Shown here: positions 13,054 to 27,023 of the stretch, in pieces
Layout: the number at the start of each line of letters is the position of its first letter
Position numbering within the stretch: the first letter of the stretch is position 1
NCBI RefSeq assembly: GCF_006345805.1
Contig: NC_042997.1
Location: 120,156,001 to 120,220,000, forward strand
Source of the DNA: Octopus sinensis
Lineage: Eukaryota
DNA: 64,000 nt
Direction: 5' to 3'
Made by a program: the position numbers and the translations under genes
Notes under the pieces: generated by a model
What the model was told of the DNA's origin: nothing
What the model saw: only the letters and a program-made list of their open reading frames with translations
Database searches by the model: none

Positions 13054-14219
13054 TATTTCTAGTTTAAAAGGAAATGCTGAATTATAATGGTAAAGCAAAC
13101 GCTGGCTTTAAACCATATGTTTGTTAGACAAATGAGACTATTATTGCTGTCTCAACCATAATTATTTAAACTAAATATTTTCATGTGTCAGTGAATTAAT
13201 TAAAAGTAAGCCATGATCATCCCTTCTCATGTCATACACTAGATACTAGTGTAGCCAACATTTAATTGTTTTTTAAATATCAATTGCTACTTGTAATTCA
13301 TATGAATATACTACACTTTATCGCTACTATGATATATATTGAAAATTATCCAAATATGATGTAATATATAAGCAATTACCTTAGCTTCGATATGTTTGTA
13401 TTGTGGTCATTTTATCTACACGCTTGATCTTCTAATAAATGCCAGCAATTAATAGTCAGTGATAATTCACTAAATATTTAGTCTATCATAACCAGTAACA
13501 AAATATCCTTTTCAGATAAGCTATTGGTTATGATGATAGTAACGTATTTTGTTTTGAAGATATAATCAGTTCAAAAAGTTTTGCTATGTTAATCAATTTA
13601 ATTACGTCTATTCAAATGAGAATTATAAGATCATTATTGCAAACTACAGATATTCCAAGATATTATCTAGTTATAGAGTGAAGGCACTATAACAAACAGG
13701 ATAAATTTTACGTTCCTTCAAATGTAGGTTTCTGAAGCAATTGATAATGTTAAAACTATTCAATCATCAAATTGTATGTGTCTCACTTTTTGCTGTCTCA
13801 AGAACTCTACTTGTCTATACACATACACACGCACATATGCACACTCAAAAACTACACATAAACGCATACACAGAAATCATACACACTGACATACGTGTGT
13901 ATGTTGTACATACTTACAGGGTCATATATATATGTAGGTAAATTAATATACATATAAGTATATGCAATTCATATAGTATATGTATTCTTAGAGAAAGACA
14001 GAAAGAGTGAAAGAAGGCGCACTTGCACACATTCAGCAATTTAATATTCATCTGCGCTTTAGTAATTCAGGTACACTGATTACACTCAGGCTAAAATAGA
14101 TCTAAAAATTTCTCCTGTATACTTAAGTATGTCATATTTATATTAATCTTCCTCTTGATGCATTGAAAAACACCACTATTCTAAGACAAGATATGTGCTT
14201 ACAAGACATATATATATAC

Positions 14220-14305
<86 letters not shown>

Positions 14306-14793
14306 ATATAGTATATATATATATATACCTCTTGTTTTAGCATTCGCACATAGGATAATTATGCACGAACAAATGCGCACATAGAGATATATGTATTGAT
14401 GTATAGAATGCCTGTCTGTGTGTAGGTGTGTTCTAACTATACGTACGTGTATATATTTGTGTTTGTATATATTTACTTGGAGACGGTTTCATGTTTCATG
14501 CTTGAATATAATTCCTTTGGTTATATTTTATAATCTCATAAATTAAATTTATTTTCTGTAAGTCTAAGCGGATTTTATTTAGCATATACATTAATATCAC
14601 CGTTTTCCAATTAATTTTATCCTCTGCATTATTTCTTAGTCAGGAATACAGATTACTATTTCTATGATAGTTTATGAAGGACGTTGTTTAATATCTTTTC
14701 ATTTCCATGTGTTTTAAAGCTTCTTCTGTTTCATGTATTTTATATGAAATGTTTTTTCCAATATTATCATAACAGTATATATATGTATGTGTA

Positions 14794-14847
<54 letters not shown>

Positions 14848-14910
14848 TATATATATATTATATATACCTATATATACATATATATATATAATATATATAT
14901 ATACATATGT

Positions 14911-17118
14911 AAACTTAGATAAACTTAGATATGTTTCGACCAAAGATTGGTCCCGGCCATATCTAACTTAATAGCACCACCTGATAGGATTGATTATTTG
15001 AATCCTGTTTAAGTCAAGTTTTGTTTATGATCCATTCAAGTAGTGAGTTTTTGTTGGGTGAGTTGTATCTAAATATCGGTGTCTTATCTGGTATTCCTTG
15101 AAGGAATCTATCCAGACTCCGTTTAAAGTTGATGCGACCCTTTTCCTCTTTGATCTCTTTCGGGACAATGTTAAATAGGGCTGGGCCTGTTGAGGAAAAA
15201 AAATTATGTTGCAGTGTACATGTATGCTGTGATCTTGAATTGGGCAGGGGACGTATGGCCCGTGGTCCCAGTCTTGGATGAACCTTGAAGCTAATGTTCA
15301 GGTCGTTTGGGCAAAGTTGGTGGTATATTCTTCACATCCTACAAATGACGTACCGCTCACGGCGACGCTGGAGAGAGTAGAGTTTCAAGGCTTTAAGGCG
15401 ATCCCAATAATCGAGAGCAGCCATGCCTTCAATTAGTTTAGTGAGTGCCCTCGGGGGTGATTCAATCCTCGAGATGTTTTGTCTTGTATGGGGAGACCAC
15501 AGTGGGCAGCAGTATTCGTGGTGTGGCCGTACAAAGGAGGAGAAAAGTGGTATGATGACACCTTGTTCTCTGGACCGGAAAGTTCTTAAGATCCAGGAAC
15601 TCATCCTACGAGCTGTATCGACCTTTTTGTTGATGTGTGCACTCCAACTGATATCGTCATCAACAATTACACCCAGGTCTCTAATATTGTTAGAGGCTGT
15701 GAGCGGTTCCCCTGAAGGAAGAGAATATGGCTGTTTTAGTGAGGAATTTCTTCCAAAATGCATCAGCTCAAATTTTCCCTCGTTCAGTTGCATTTTGTTT
15801 CTGTCTGCCCATTGACTGACAGCATATAGATCAGACTGGAGTTGAGTTCGGTCTGCTTCTTTATTGACAATTTGCTGGAGCTTAGTGTCATCAGCAAAGA
15901 TTTTCACTTTGCAGTAATGTACGACACTGGAAAGGTCGTTTATGTAAATTATGAAAAGTAGCGGACCCAAGACAGTCCCCTGAGGGACACCGCTGGTGAA
16001 TTTTGCTGGGCTTGAGTGGACTCCATCAACTACAACATGTTGTGTTCTATTCGCCAGGAAATACTTAATCCAGTGTTGAACTTTTCCACGGATTGCAACA
16101 TTTGCCAATTTTGAGAGTAGAATATTATGGTCTACCCTGTCGAACGCTTTACTGAAGTCAACGTATATGACATCAGAGTTCGAACCTGTTCCCAAGGCTT
16201 TCAGCATATCTTCAATGTGGTGTAAGAGCTGTGTTAGACAGTCCCTGCCACAGCGAAAGCCATGCTGATTTGAATTTAGGAGTTTGTGGGTCTCCAGGAA
16301 GTCAGCTATCCTTGATCTTAACACTCTTTCAAACACTTTAATGATGTGGGAGGTGAGTGAGATTGGGCGATAGTTGAGTGAAAAGGGATCTGTTTCCCTG
16401 TTTGAAAACCGGGATGACTGACTGGGATAGAAACTGTTTCGGTATATAACCTGCGTCTGACGAATTTCTCCAGAGGTTGGTCAGAGGGACTGCAAGTTGG
16501 TGTCTACATTCCCTCAGGAGACTAGCGGGGAATCTATCAAGGCCTACAGCAGAGTAGTATTTGACCTCATTTATTGCTGCTATGATGTCAGTGGCAGTGA
16601 AGGTTATGTCTGAGATTTTATGTTGGGAGTCAACTTCGTTTGCTTCTCTTACGTCAATATCAGTGGGAACACTAAAGACAGAGCAGTATTGTTTCTGCAG
16701 TATTTCTGCCATTTCTTTAACATCGTGTTGGGGAATGCCGTTATCATCAATCAATGACCCAATGGGTGAGACAGTGATTCTATGCTTATTTGCATAAAAA
16801 TAGAACACTTTTGGGTTCTGTTTGATGTTTTTGATTACCCACTGTTCCTCCACAGCTCTTTCATTTTCAATGGAGGTTTTCATGTCGGTCTACAGGTGAA
16901 GTTTTTCCAGCTCTAGCCTTTTCATTATTGTTGAATGTGAATGTTGTATGTGGGAATATTTTAATTGGTTGATTTTTTTGTTGAGTCTTTTGATGCGCCT
17001 GATGAGTGTTTTTCTTTCTTTTTAGGGAGCCGGTTTCTGTTTGTGTTAGTAGATTTCGTGGGAGCGTTTGTTTAGAGCATGTATAGGTGACAATGTTTCA
17101 AAGTGCTGCTATGCGGTC
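14911..17118 (-). mobile_element. CR1-type non-LTR retrotransposon, 5'-truncated, with (ATCTAAGTTT)2 tail
   Basis: RT motifs QHGFR, DFSKAFD, GVPQGTVLGPLLF and FADDTKL in ORF 15332-16336. The frame continues past a TGA to GPALFNIVP...FKRSLDRFL...NSLLEW, stopping at 15014. Upstream frameshifted ORF 16338-16883. The 10-bp tandem tail is at 14911-14930. Confidence 0.92.
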
Positions 17119-17126
17119 TCAATACA

Positions 17127-17192
<66 letters not shown>

Positions 17193-17218
17193 GTATATAT
17201 TATATATATATAATATAT

Positions 17219-17256
<38 letters not shown>

Positions 17257-18436
17257 TGTTTGTGTGTTGTGTGTGTGTGGTGTGTGTGTGTGTTTTCCAA
17301 CATGGAAGTGAATCATTAGTAAATTGTTGAGAACAAAGAATTTAACTTTATTATGCAGCTTTTTGTGAATTCTACTAGTTAACCTCTTTCGACATATTTA
17401 TCTCAACCTCAAGAGTTATCAGTTGTGAAGGAATCTCTCATTTCTGCCTATAAATAGTGACCTTTTGCTTTCATTGACCTAAATTATCTCCAAATATTCC
17501 CTTTGTTCGTATCGATTTCAGCAACATATGTATATATATATATAAATGTGTCTTCTACTCATTTTATATGCAATATTTATGCTTAGCGTTTAAGTTAAAT
17601 TAATTCCTATCGCTAAACCTAGATATATCCAGTGTCTTTGGCTGGTGATATCTTGCTGTTTAGCATAAATAGCGTCGTGATGTCACAGTATGTTTACTTA
17701 TCTATTTGGAGCTCACTAAATCAATTCCTAAATATTCACTCTCATTGAAACTTTCCAGATAACATTCATGAATTAATACTCTAATCATGCCAATGCATCA
17801 CCGAGTTGAATATCAACGAGCAAGAGCTGATAAGATTAAATCTGCCTGAAATTGCAATTGTTCCATGTTCTTTATCCATGTCGTATACTGCCAAGCCACG
17901 TCAGCTATTTACAACATCGAGTTATTTTACAAGCATTTCATGTTTTACTTCTCATAGTGCCTCACAATACTATTGGTGACTTCGTTAGGAATTTACTTCT
18001 CTGTGAGAAAGTATCGCTAATAAAATTGCAACGGTCAGCAATCCAATAATCTTCCACGGACATGCATTAAAACTCGTGTTCTAGCAAATATCATTTACGT
18101 AATAAGATACAAGACTACTTTATACAATAGAAATAAGATCCAATGGTTTTTTACATTATAACTAACAGTAATTTGAGTTGAGGTATCTATCTATGTTCAG
18201 AGAAATGCGGAAAGTAGGCATCAGCGGCCTGTGGCTTTCTTTTTCGTTTCAGCAGTATTCATAACGTGTAGCACAGTATTTATCAATTGTATATCCTATA
18301 AACTATAATGTAGAAACAATATTTAGTTACATACTTCTAATGATCATATGGCATTGAAATTGTATTTTCTATTTGTTAAATTTACCTCAGTAAAATCGGA
18401 TATAATTTCTTTATATAGATATGTATGTGTGTGTGC

Positions 18437-18476
<40 letters not shown>

Positions 18477-18580
18477 TGTGTGTGTGTGTACAAGCATGAT
18501 CACACACACAGAGAATAGTCTAACCGCCTGAAGAAAACAAATTTTATGAAACATCATTTTTCAGCATTGTTCAATATATG

Positions 18581-18629
<49 letters not shown>

Positions 18630-18636
18630 TATATAA

Positions 18637-18733
<97 letters not shown>

Positions 18734-19423
18734 ATATATATACTAGTTGAGGTACTTCGGGGCTAATCCCTTGGTTCCATTCTCATTTTTGTTTTGCTAA
18801 TACACTAACAATGCAAAGTATGTAGCCCTCAAAACGGTTTTTATGTATGTACTGAGAATACCGGACTCTCTTACACAGGATCTTGTTTTTAGAAATAAGT
18901 TATGTACACTAAATTCGTGAAGCATGTTGCTTAATAACAGACTAATCAGATATGAGATATTAACAATTCAAAGTAAATAACTCTGAAAAGGTCTTTTGTG
19001 GGATCCCAGATAATAATTACCTTCAGCGGCACTAGTGTTGCTATATTCGTGAATAAATCACTGACCGAAATAGGTTGATCTATTGTTCAGGAAAATGCTA
19101 GTTAGTTGTTTAAGGGTTGTATTGGATAAATTGCAAAAATATCTCTAAAATTCCGATACTAAGAAATAAGCATAGTCCAATTTCATTTATACCAAATAAT
19201 TTATGAAAATAGATGGGTTACTTCTCTTGGCCGTTAAAATGAAATATATTGGATATATATGAGGATCCCTTCCAGGGTCCCTGTTATCGACTTTTTCAAG
19301 AATCTGAGTATGCTATGAGGCTTCCTGACATGAGTACTACTCACATGTCACGATAAAACGATGGAAAAGTTCGCCAACAATTCCACAAACACACCCACAG
19401 AGAAATGTCCCACATTTCAAGTG

Positions 19424-19443
<20 letters not shown>

Positions 19444-19467
<24 letters not shown>

Positions 19468-19568
19468 CGTATGTACATACATATCTATATACACACATAC
19501 ACAGCTTTAAGTATTGGTGATATATATATATATATAATATATATATTATATATATATATATATATATA

Positions 19569-19614
<46 letters not shown>

Positions 19615-19663
19615 ATGTACATACATATCTATATACACACATACACAGCTTTAAGTATTGGTG

Positions 19664-19694
<31 letters not shown>

Positions 19695-19748
19695 CGTATG
19701 TACATACATATCTATATACACACATACACAGCTTTAAGTATTGGTGAT
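19444..19748. repeat. Three identical 55-bp cores separated by variable (TA)n(TG)n
   Basis: GCGTATGTACATACATATCTATATACACACATACACAGCTTTAAGTATTGGTGAT at 19467, 19611 and 19694. Confidence 0.95.
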
Positions 19749-22352
19749 TTTTCTACTGTAATGAACAAAATATATTTTTCGTCAATTGTATTATAAGCAT
19801 AATCAGGTAAGATTGAAGGTAAATATTTGATAGATTTGTTGACAAATCGATACGTATTTCAGTTTTAGTAAAACGCATAGACACGCAACGTCGTTAAATT
19901 AAGTTTTCAAGCAAGGGCTGGAATTGACAAGGAGGTAACTGCGACGTATAAAACGAAATCCCTTATTAGACATTGTATATTAATACCATTGGGAAATTTC
20001 ATAGCGATGTAATTTACCACAAAGCAAATAGAGTTAAGTGCAATCTAAGCTACATAATGATTTGAGTTAATATGAATGTTTGATGTATTGATATTAGTGG
20101 TGGTTAATCTCTGTCATTTCTCGATGAAGTTTCACTTGTGAAACTGAATTATCTGTTCTCAAATTAATCTATAAATGGACGAGAGTTCCGCAAAGCCATG
20201 TAATGCAATTCTCCGGCAAAATTAACGTCACACATAATAACAACCTATCATTTTATTTTCAGATATGGTGCAGTTAAAGTTTATCTCTTTCTTCCACTCA
20301 ATTTCAATCAGAATGTAGAAGTAGTGATGGGGATGAATAAATTCCTGTTTACCTTAGATGCCAAACTGTTGGAGCGGAGCTAAAACCTCGTGATTAGAAA
20401 CTGAACTTAATCGCCATTCAGCCAAATGCATCTACGGATTGATATTATAGCTGCAATTAAAAGGTGTTATTTTTTTTATTGAAAACAAAAATTAATCAGT
20501 AAAGATTCAAGTAACTGAAATCTAAATATTTCAAGTTATAGTAATTTAAATATAAACTTCATTTGGCCTAATATTTATTAGCTAAGGGGACAATTAGACA
20601 TGATTAGGTGGCATTAGACCTTGCAGAAGAATTTACAGGGCACTTAAATGAATAAGATTCAGAGTGTATAGTTTCAAAGTGAAAGTAAATCACACATTCA
20701 GCAACTTACAACAATGGCATTGCTAATTATCCTAAAGCTACTTCTGTCTGAAAATGTATTAAACGGAATCTAACATTCTTTATGAGGTCAGGCAAAATAA
20801 ATATTAATCTTTTGAAATTATGGACCTCTCATGTGAATCATAATCAGCGCCTTCCGTCTGAAAATAGGAATAATTTAAATTCTTAGCACAGCCATATACA
20901 CATAAACACAAAAACAAACGCACACATACACCTAGATATTAATACCAGAAAAACAAACCAACAATCAAAAAAGTAAACAAGTATATTGTTCGGTTGACAT
21001 ACTTATAACAGTGAGCAGAATATAATTTTTGGTTCAATTACATTAAGCTACTATATGTTATTAATGCAGAAATCACCCTTGGGAAATTTTCCGATGTCGT
21101 TATTTTAAACTGACTAATAAGAAAATTAATTTCGCACCCAAACTATGCAATCTTAAAGCGATTTTGTTCGCTGCTATTGTCTTAACGCATTTCCGACGGC
21201 TGCATCTCATAAGCTCAAAATATGTCTGCACTCGTCACCGCAATTGCCAGAATAAAACTCTTTGTAATTTCCTTAGACCAAATTCGTGTTTGGTCAAAAG
21301 AAGTTTTGAGCATATCGCACTTCCCCTTAGGATGATTGTTTTTGTGATGACCCCACCCCGCCACTCTCGTTTACTTATTTGATGTGGATATAATTAATTG
21401 AATTAATTTTATAACAATCACTTGAGCTACACGTCATTCAAGCAGAGATTGCACAGAGACAAGTTCTGTAAATATGCATATTAAAATTATACATACTCTC
21501 TTACGTATTGATTTTCAAATACACACGGAGCCACAAGATTATAATTTAATAAGAAATATATCTCCATTAATTGGCGAAAGTTAAACTAGATATCTATTCT
21601 TAACCGAATGAGCCTATTTATATTTCATATTGTGACTAGTCTCGTATAGATTATTTAATTGCCTGCATGAGATTCTCTTTGTGCGTGTGTTCGTGCGCAA
21701 ATGCATACATAGGCATAAACAATGGTTGCTACATATTTTTATTTATTGTAGGAAATTTGACTTACTCCTGTTTCCAGTGGTCATTATAGGTTCTATTGTG
21801 ACAGCTTTACTCAATTGGCCCATTAATGGGTTGAGAAAAAATGACCAGAATATGCGAGAGTGGAAGAGAAGTTATAATTTGGAAATGAATGGTTGAAGTG
21901 AAAAGTAAAGAAAGGAAGCGAAGAAGGAATACAAAGAATAATGGAGTCGAAGCATTAGATAGAAATTGGGGGCAGACGATGACCGAAATTGGGGAAGGAA
22001 CAGTGATTTTTGGTTCTCTTGTCCATAAGTTGCGATATTCGCCTGCTAAATAATGTCACGTGTTTGAATGACGAGATTTGGTTGTAATAGCGAGGTTTAA
22101 AGGTCGTTAAAAAACATCGTCAGTCAATCTTCTAGCATCCCCATTCTGTGACCATTACAGCAATAAACGTTTTTATTTCCTATTCTAATTCATAGAAATT
22201 CTATACTCAATGTTGACTAATATAATCCTCATACTTGCTTAAGACGTTATTACTCTTAGTATTCCTCTCAGGAGCCCTCACATTCAAACTATCAGTTGCA
22301 GCGTCACCATTTCTATCGATATAGCTTCTCCCATCGTCATTATTATAACATG

Positions 22353-22727
22353 TATACTCTTTTACTCTTTTACTTGTTTCAGTCATTTGACTGCGGCCGT
22401 ACTAGAGCACCGTCTTTAGTCGAGCAAATAGACTCTGGGACTTATTCTTTGTAAGCCTTGTCTTATTCTATCGTTCTCTTTTGCTGAACCGCTAAGTGAC
22501 AGGGACATAAACACATCAGCATCGGTTGTCAAGCAACACAGACACAAACACATACACATATATACGACGGGCTTTCAGTTTCCGTCTACCAAATCCACTC
22601 TCAATGCTCTGGTCGGCCCGAGGTTATAGTAGAAGACTCTTGCCCAAGGTGCCACGCAGTGGGACTGAACACAGAACCATGTGGTTGGTAAGCAAGCTAC
22701 TTACCACACAGCCACTCCTACGCCTAT
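22353..22727 (-). mobile_element. tRNA-headed SINE, family A (near full length)
   Basis: Minus strand: GGAGTGGCTGTGTGGTAAG (A box), GTTCAGTCCC (B box), CCTTGGGCAAG (CORE-like), central microsatellite and an (AGTAAAAG)n tail. Confidence 0.92.
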
Positions 22728-23881
22728 ATATGTATATGTATTCCTTTTGCACACTTTACCCGGTTCTTGTTTCCTTAATGTTTGTAACATTTTCTGCTAC
22801 GTGCTTTCTTGGGCCCATTGCATACAGTATATTTTGGTCATCATTTTGTCCCTTACTCCTTCCTCTTTTATATTCTCTTTTTCCACAAACTACGCAGGAT
22901 AACGCACCGTTACTTCGCATATTAACCACAACAAGTACCATATCATGTTTGTATGAATATCATTGTGCGCGTATATGTGTGTGTGTCTGTGTCTGTCTTT
23001 GTGTATAAAGCAATGCTTTACTGTCTATGAAATTGACAATTTGGTCTAGTTTCACCCGGCAGGTCAGTGCAGAATCACTATTGATCATTAAGCAATATAT
23101 AATTTAACTGTTAATGTTTTATACAATAAAATATATTTGCCCTCTAAGTACTGAGTTCTGTAGCAGATAGAATTAAAACATCAGAAAACGATTGAATACT
23201 GTATGCCTATATATATAATATATATATATATATAATATATATATATGGTTTGTATATATGTATCCTTTACAATTTTAAGATTATATTATACATATGTCAT
23301 AACATTTTTTGGCATCAGTGTGAAGTTTTTTATTAAATTATATTATGGCACTGAATTGGACAGTCATCGATTAAATTTTTCTTTCGTTTTGTACATTCAC
23401 ATACAATTATCCCTGTTACATTCGCGATGTATATTTTTCATCTACACTTTTAAATGCGCAAGCACTGAAGTAAATTTCAGATTTCATTTGAAGATAATTT
23501 ATGATAACAATTTATATCATCAGAATGAATGAAACTTTCTGACACCTTGCTAGTTTTCCTACTAAATACAAGGTTCATTCTCAAGAGAAAATATATATGT
23601 ATATATGAGTGTGATGGGTGTGTGTATGTGTGTGTTTGAGAAAGAGAGTGAGGGGGAGAGAGAGCGACAGAGAGAGAGGTCTGCGCAAAAACAAGTACAC
23701 ACATACACACGTCGCAGCATGTGTGACAATATTTCCAAGTATAATGTCTCACGAGTGACGTAATATATTACATTTTGTATATAGCTTTATTGTATTTCAT
23801 TTTTCTGTCAGCAAAGCTTTTCACCAAGAATCATCCTTCTTATGTTTCAAAAACCTTTGGTTCTATGTTTCTTTCATATAG

Positions 23882-23919
<38 letters not shown>

Positions 23920-23923
<4 letters not shown>

Positions 23924-24108
23924 GGAAAGTTTACGAAAATAAACAAAAGACGAAGGCGGGTGGTGTACAAAACAAACAGATGTATTAGTATAGCGCTCAG
24001 GAATAGAAAAAGTATTTTACGTTTCGAGCCTACGCTCTTCTACTAAAGGTACACAGAAAAAACAAGGAGAGAAAAAATGTGTGTAGTGGCTAACAATCTA
24101 TCATGGCA
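23920..24108 (-). repeat. Penelope-associated terminal module, copy 1 (degenerate hammerhead-like motif at 24014-24049)
   Basis: Homologous to 24210-24390 and 27744-27890; contains GAGC-GTAG-GCTC-GAAACGTA. Confidence 0.7.
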
Positions 24109-24124
24109 TATATAATATATATAG

Positions 24125-24164
<40 letters not shown>

Positions 24165-24209
24165 CACACATACACACAAACACACATATATATATACATA
24201 TATAGTGAC

Positions 24210-26185
24210 AATTTACCCAAAAAAGCCCAAAGACTAAGACGGGTGTGTAAACAACAAATGGATATATTACTTTAACAATCGGGAAGTGAAAATGTCTTTT
24301 ACGATTGGAGCGTACGCTCATCAACAGAAAGGAACACAGAAATAAACAGGGAGAGAAAATAGAAAAAGATATAGTGCCAAGTGATCTATCATGCTTCCTC
24401 CACACCTCCACACCACCTCGCACACACTAGCACTGACCACTTCCCAGCACCTAAACACCTACACATGCACACACGCACACGTCAATGTCACGAGGTCCCT
24501 TCCGTACGCTCGCACACGCACATACACGGTCTCTCATTCACACGCACGCGCACCTTCGTTGCACGAACAATCCGAACACAGACGGGTGTTGTAAAGTGTG
24601 ACCGGTAGAATGGAAATGGCTCGAGACTGGTGTGTGATTGCCGAGTAAGGTGTCTCGGAGGTGTTCCGCGAATCGGTTAGCCAAGCGGCGTCATGTTTAA
24701 CCGATGTATAGAAAAGGGCAGAGAGAGTAAGAGATGCAGTGGATGACTTTGCTAGAAGTGCAGGTGACGAAGTCAGGCATATGATAGGGTCGATGATGGT
24801 GCCTGTAAGGAGGTGGTGTTGGAGAGGTAACGGCAAGTGCGTCATTGTGGGTGGTAGCAGGGGAACGAACCGGGTTGTGGGTTTGGAGTTTAGAAGAAGC
24901 TGTGGAGCAAGACGTCTCGTAGGTTGTGGGCTCATTTGAAGGAGGGTATTGGTCGGTTAGGGAAGATGTGCAAAGTGGAGGAGTCGGATTGGAGTCGCCG
25001 GAAGGCTTGGATAATGGTTCGTTGGATAGGTAGGATGGTAGGTGAGGAGAAAAAGGAGACAGATGACGGCGGGTTGGGGTGGAGAGGGCAGATGCATGGT
25101 CCAAGGAACGTGCTCTGGCAAAGGCGGTTTTGATAATGGTGAGAAGATATCCACGTAGGATGAAGTGGCTAGCCACGAGATCAGACTGCAGAGCCAGCGT
25201 AGACGGTGCAATTGGGAATAGGGGATGGAGAGCTTGGTATGTTTAGAGTGGGAGAAGTTGAGTTATGAGTGTGAGTCTGTGTGTTTGTAGTGGATGGAGG
25301 GGGTAAGAGTGGAGTGATGAATGCTGATCGAAATGTCGAGAAAGGCGACTGAGGTGTCGGAAATAGCGCAGACGTGGAGGACATGATGGAAAGATTTGAC
25401 AAAAGAGAGGAAAGAGTCTAGATGTTCGAGGGAGAGTGAAGTCGCACAGATACAGTCGTAAATATAACGACCTTATAGTTCAGGAATGGTACCAGTGAAA
25501 CTTGAGAATATTTGATCCCCAACGTAGCTAACGAACAGGTTTGCATAGTTGGGGCCCATTCTTGTTCTCATGACCACCCCAAGAACTTTTGGTAAAAATC
25601 ACCAGCGAACGAGAAGCTGTTAAGTGGGAGGACAAGTTCTGCCAACGAAGGCGTGTGGGTGTGTCAGGTTGGGGTATGGGTCGAAGGTCAAGGAAATGTT
25701 GGCAGCCTCTCATGGTGGCAGATCACATTGTATAGACTCTTGATGTCAATAGGGAAGAGACGTTTAGAAGGATGGAGAGCGGTGTTGAACAAACGAAGAG
25801 TATAGTTGGTGTCATGGATGTGAGAGGGGAGAGAAGCCACTAGGTGGCAAGGAAACGGGCGAGATATCTGGAGATGAGTTCGGTGAGGCAGTGGCAGGTG
25901 GGGACCTTGGGGCTGCCAGGGTTGTTAGGTTTGTGGATCTTGGGGAAGAAGTAAATTGTGGAGGTGTGAGGGCTCCGAACAATGAGGTTAAAGGCGGTGG
26001 GGAGGAGACGGCAGGAGGAAATGAGGTCATGGATAGTGGAGAACACAGTCTGTCGGTAGTTAGGCCTGTGGTTGAAGGGCAGAGAGCAGCAGAAGGAGTC
26101 TTGAAGTTGGCGGAGAGCTTCAGGCTTGTAGACGCACAAGTGTCACACAAGCACGGCTCCACCCTTGTCGGCCGGTTATATATAG
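24210..26185 (-). mobile_element. Penelope-like element (RT + GIY-YIG endonuclease), degenerate, with 3' terminal module
   Basis: Minus-strand frames give PADKGGAVLV, FPKIHKPNNPG, DIKSLY, MGPNYANLF, RYIYD (from RYIDD), FLDI, SIPYSQ and TCTSSKVIHCI...LYIG*T*RRLANRFAEH; multiple stops and frameshifts. Confidence 0.92.
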
Positions 26186-26210
26186 ACATGAATATCTGGG
26201 TGTGCATCTC

Positions 26211-26251
<41 letters not shown>

Positions 26252-26256
<5 letters not shown>

Positions 26257-26574
26257 ACCCCCTTCGGTCATGAATGACCATGGGATTGCACCTAGAAAGT
26301 TACCCTCCTAGACACAAGTCCGGGCAAGGTTGTTTATGGAAGGCCAGCAGTCGCCCATGCATACCAGCCTCCCCTCTCCACGACACAAGTGTTTTCCAAG
26401 GGAAAGACAAAGGTCGATACAGTTTGGCAACTCATTTCTACAGCTGAGTGAACTGGAGCAACGTGAAAATAAAGTGCCTTGCTCAAGAACACAACACGCA
26501 GCCCGGTCCGGGATTCGAGCTCACAACCTCACGATCGTAAGCTCGACGCTCTAACCACTGAGCCATGCGCCTTC
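26252..26574 (-). mobile_element. tRNA-headed SINE, family C
   Basis: Minus strand: GGCGCATGGCTCAGTGGTTAGAGCG (A box), GAGCTCGAATCCC (B box), TTCTTGAGCAAGGCACTT (CORE/V-like), then a unique tail. Confidence 0.88.
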
Positions 26575-26578
26575 ATAT

Positions 26579-26682
<104 letters not shown>

Positions 26683-26703
26683 TAGATATATAGATTATGT
26701 ATA

Positions 26704-26744
<41 letters not shown>

Positions 26745-26981
26745 AGTGTGTGTGTGTGTATGTATGCGTGTGTATAGTGCGTTTGTTTCTCTGTGTGTGT
26801 GTGTGTGTGTCCGTGTGTATAAGAAATATAGCACCAAACGTTTCTGAAACATGCCAAGAAGAATTCTTGGTGCAAAATGTTGGAGGTGTCAAAATGTAAT
26901 AGAATAAAGCGATGTACAAAATGTCGTATATTACATTATTCTTGAAACATGAAATACACACACACACATATACACACAATT

Positions 26982-27023
<42 letters not shown>

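Noticed and set aside
17700-18060. Minus-strand peptides reminiscent of a Cys-loop/chemotactile receptor N-terminus (hydrophobic leader, YDMDKEHGTIAISG, NESEYLGID)
   Set aside because: Five stops in 46 codons, wrong D.D-to-W.D spacing and frame changes; compatible with chance.
20250-20470. Consensus-like splice sites on both strands
   Set aside because: The candidate minus-strand exon has stops in all three frames; such sites are common by chance in AT-rich DNA.
26470-26574. tRNA gene calls for SINE heads (also 39080-39154, 57290-57358)
   Set aside because: A/B boxes continue into SINE bodies with no complete cloverleaf or terminator; they are SINE heads.
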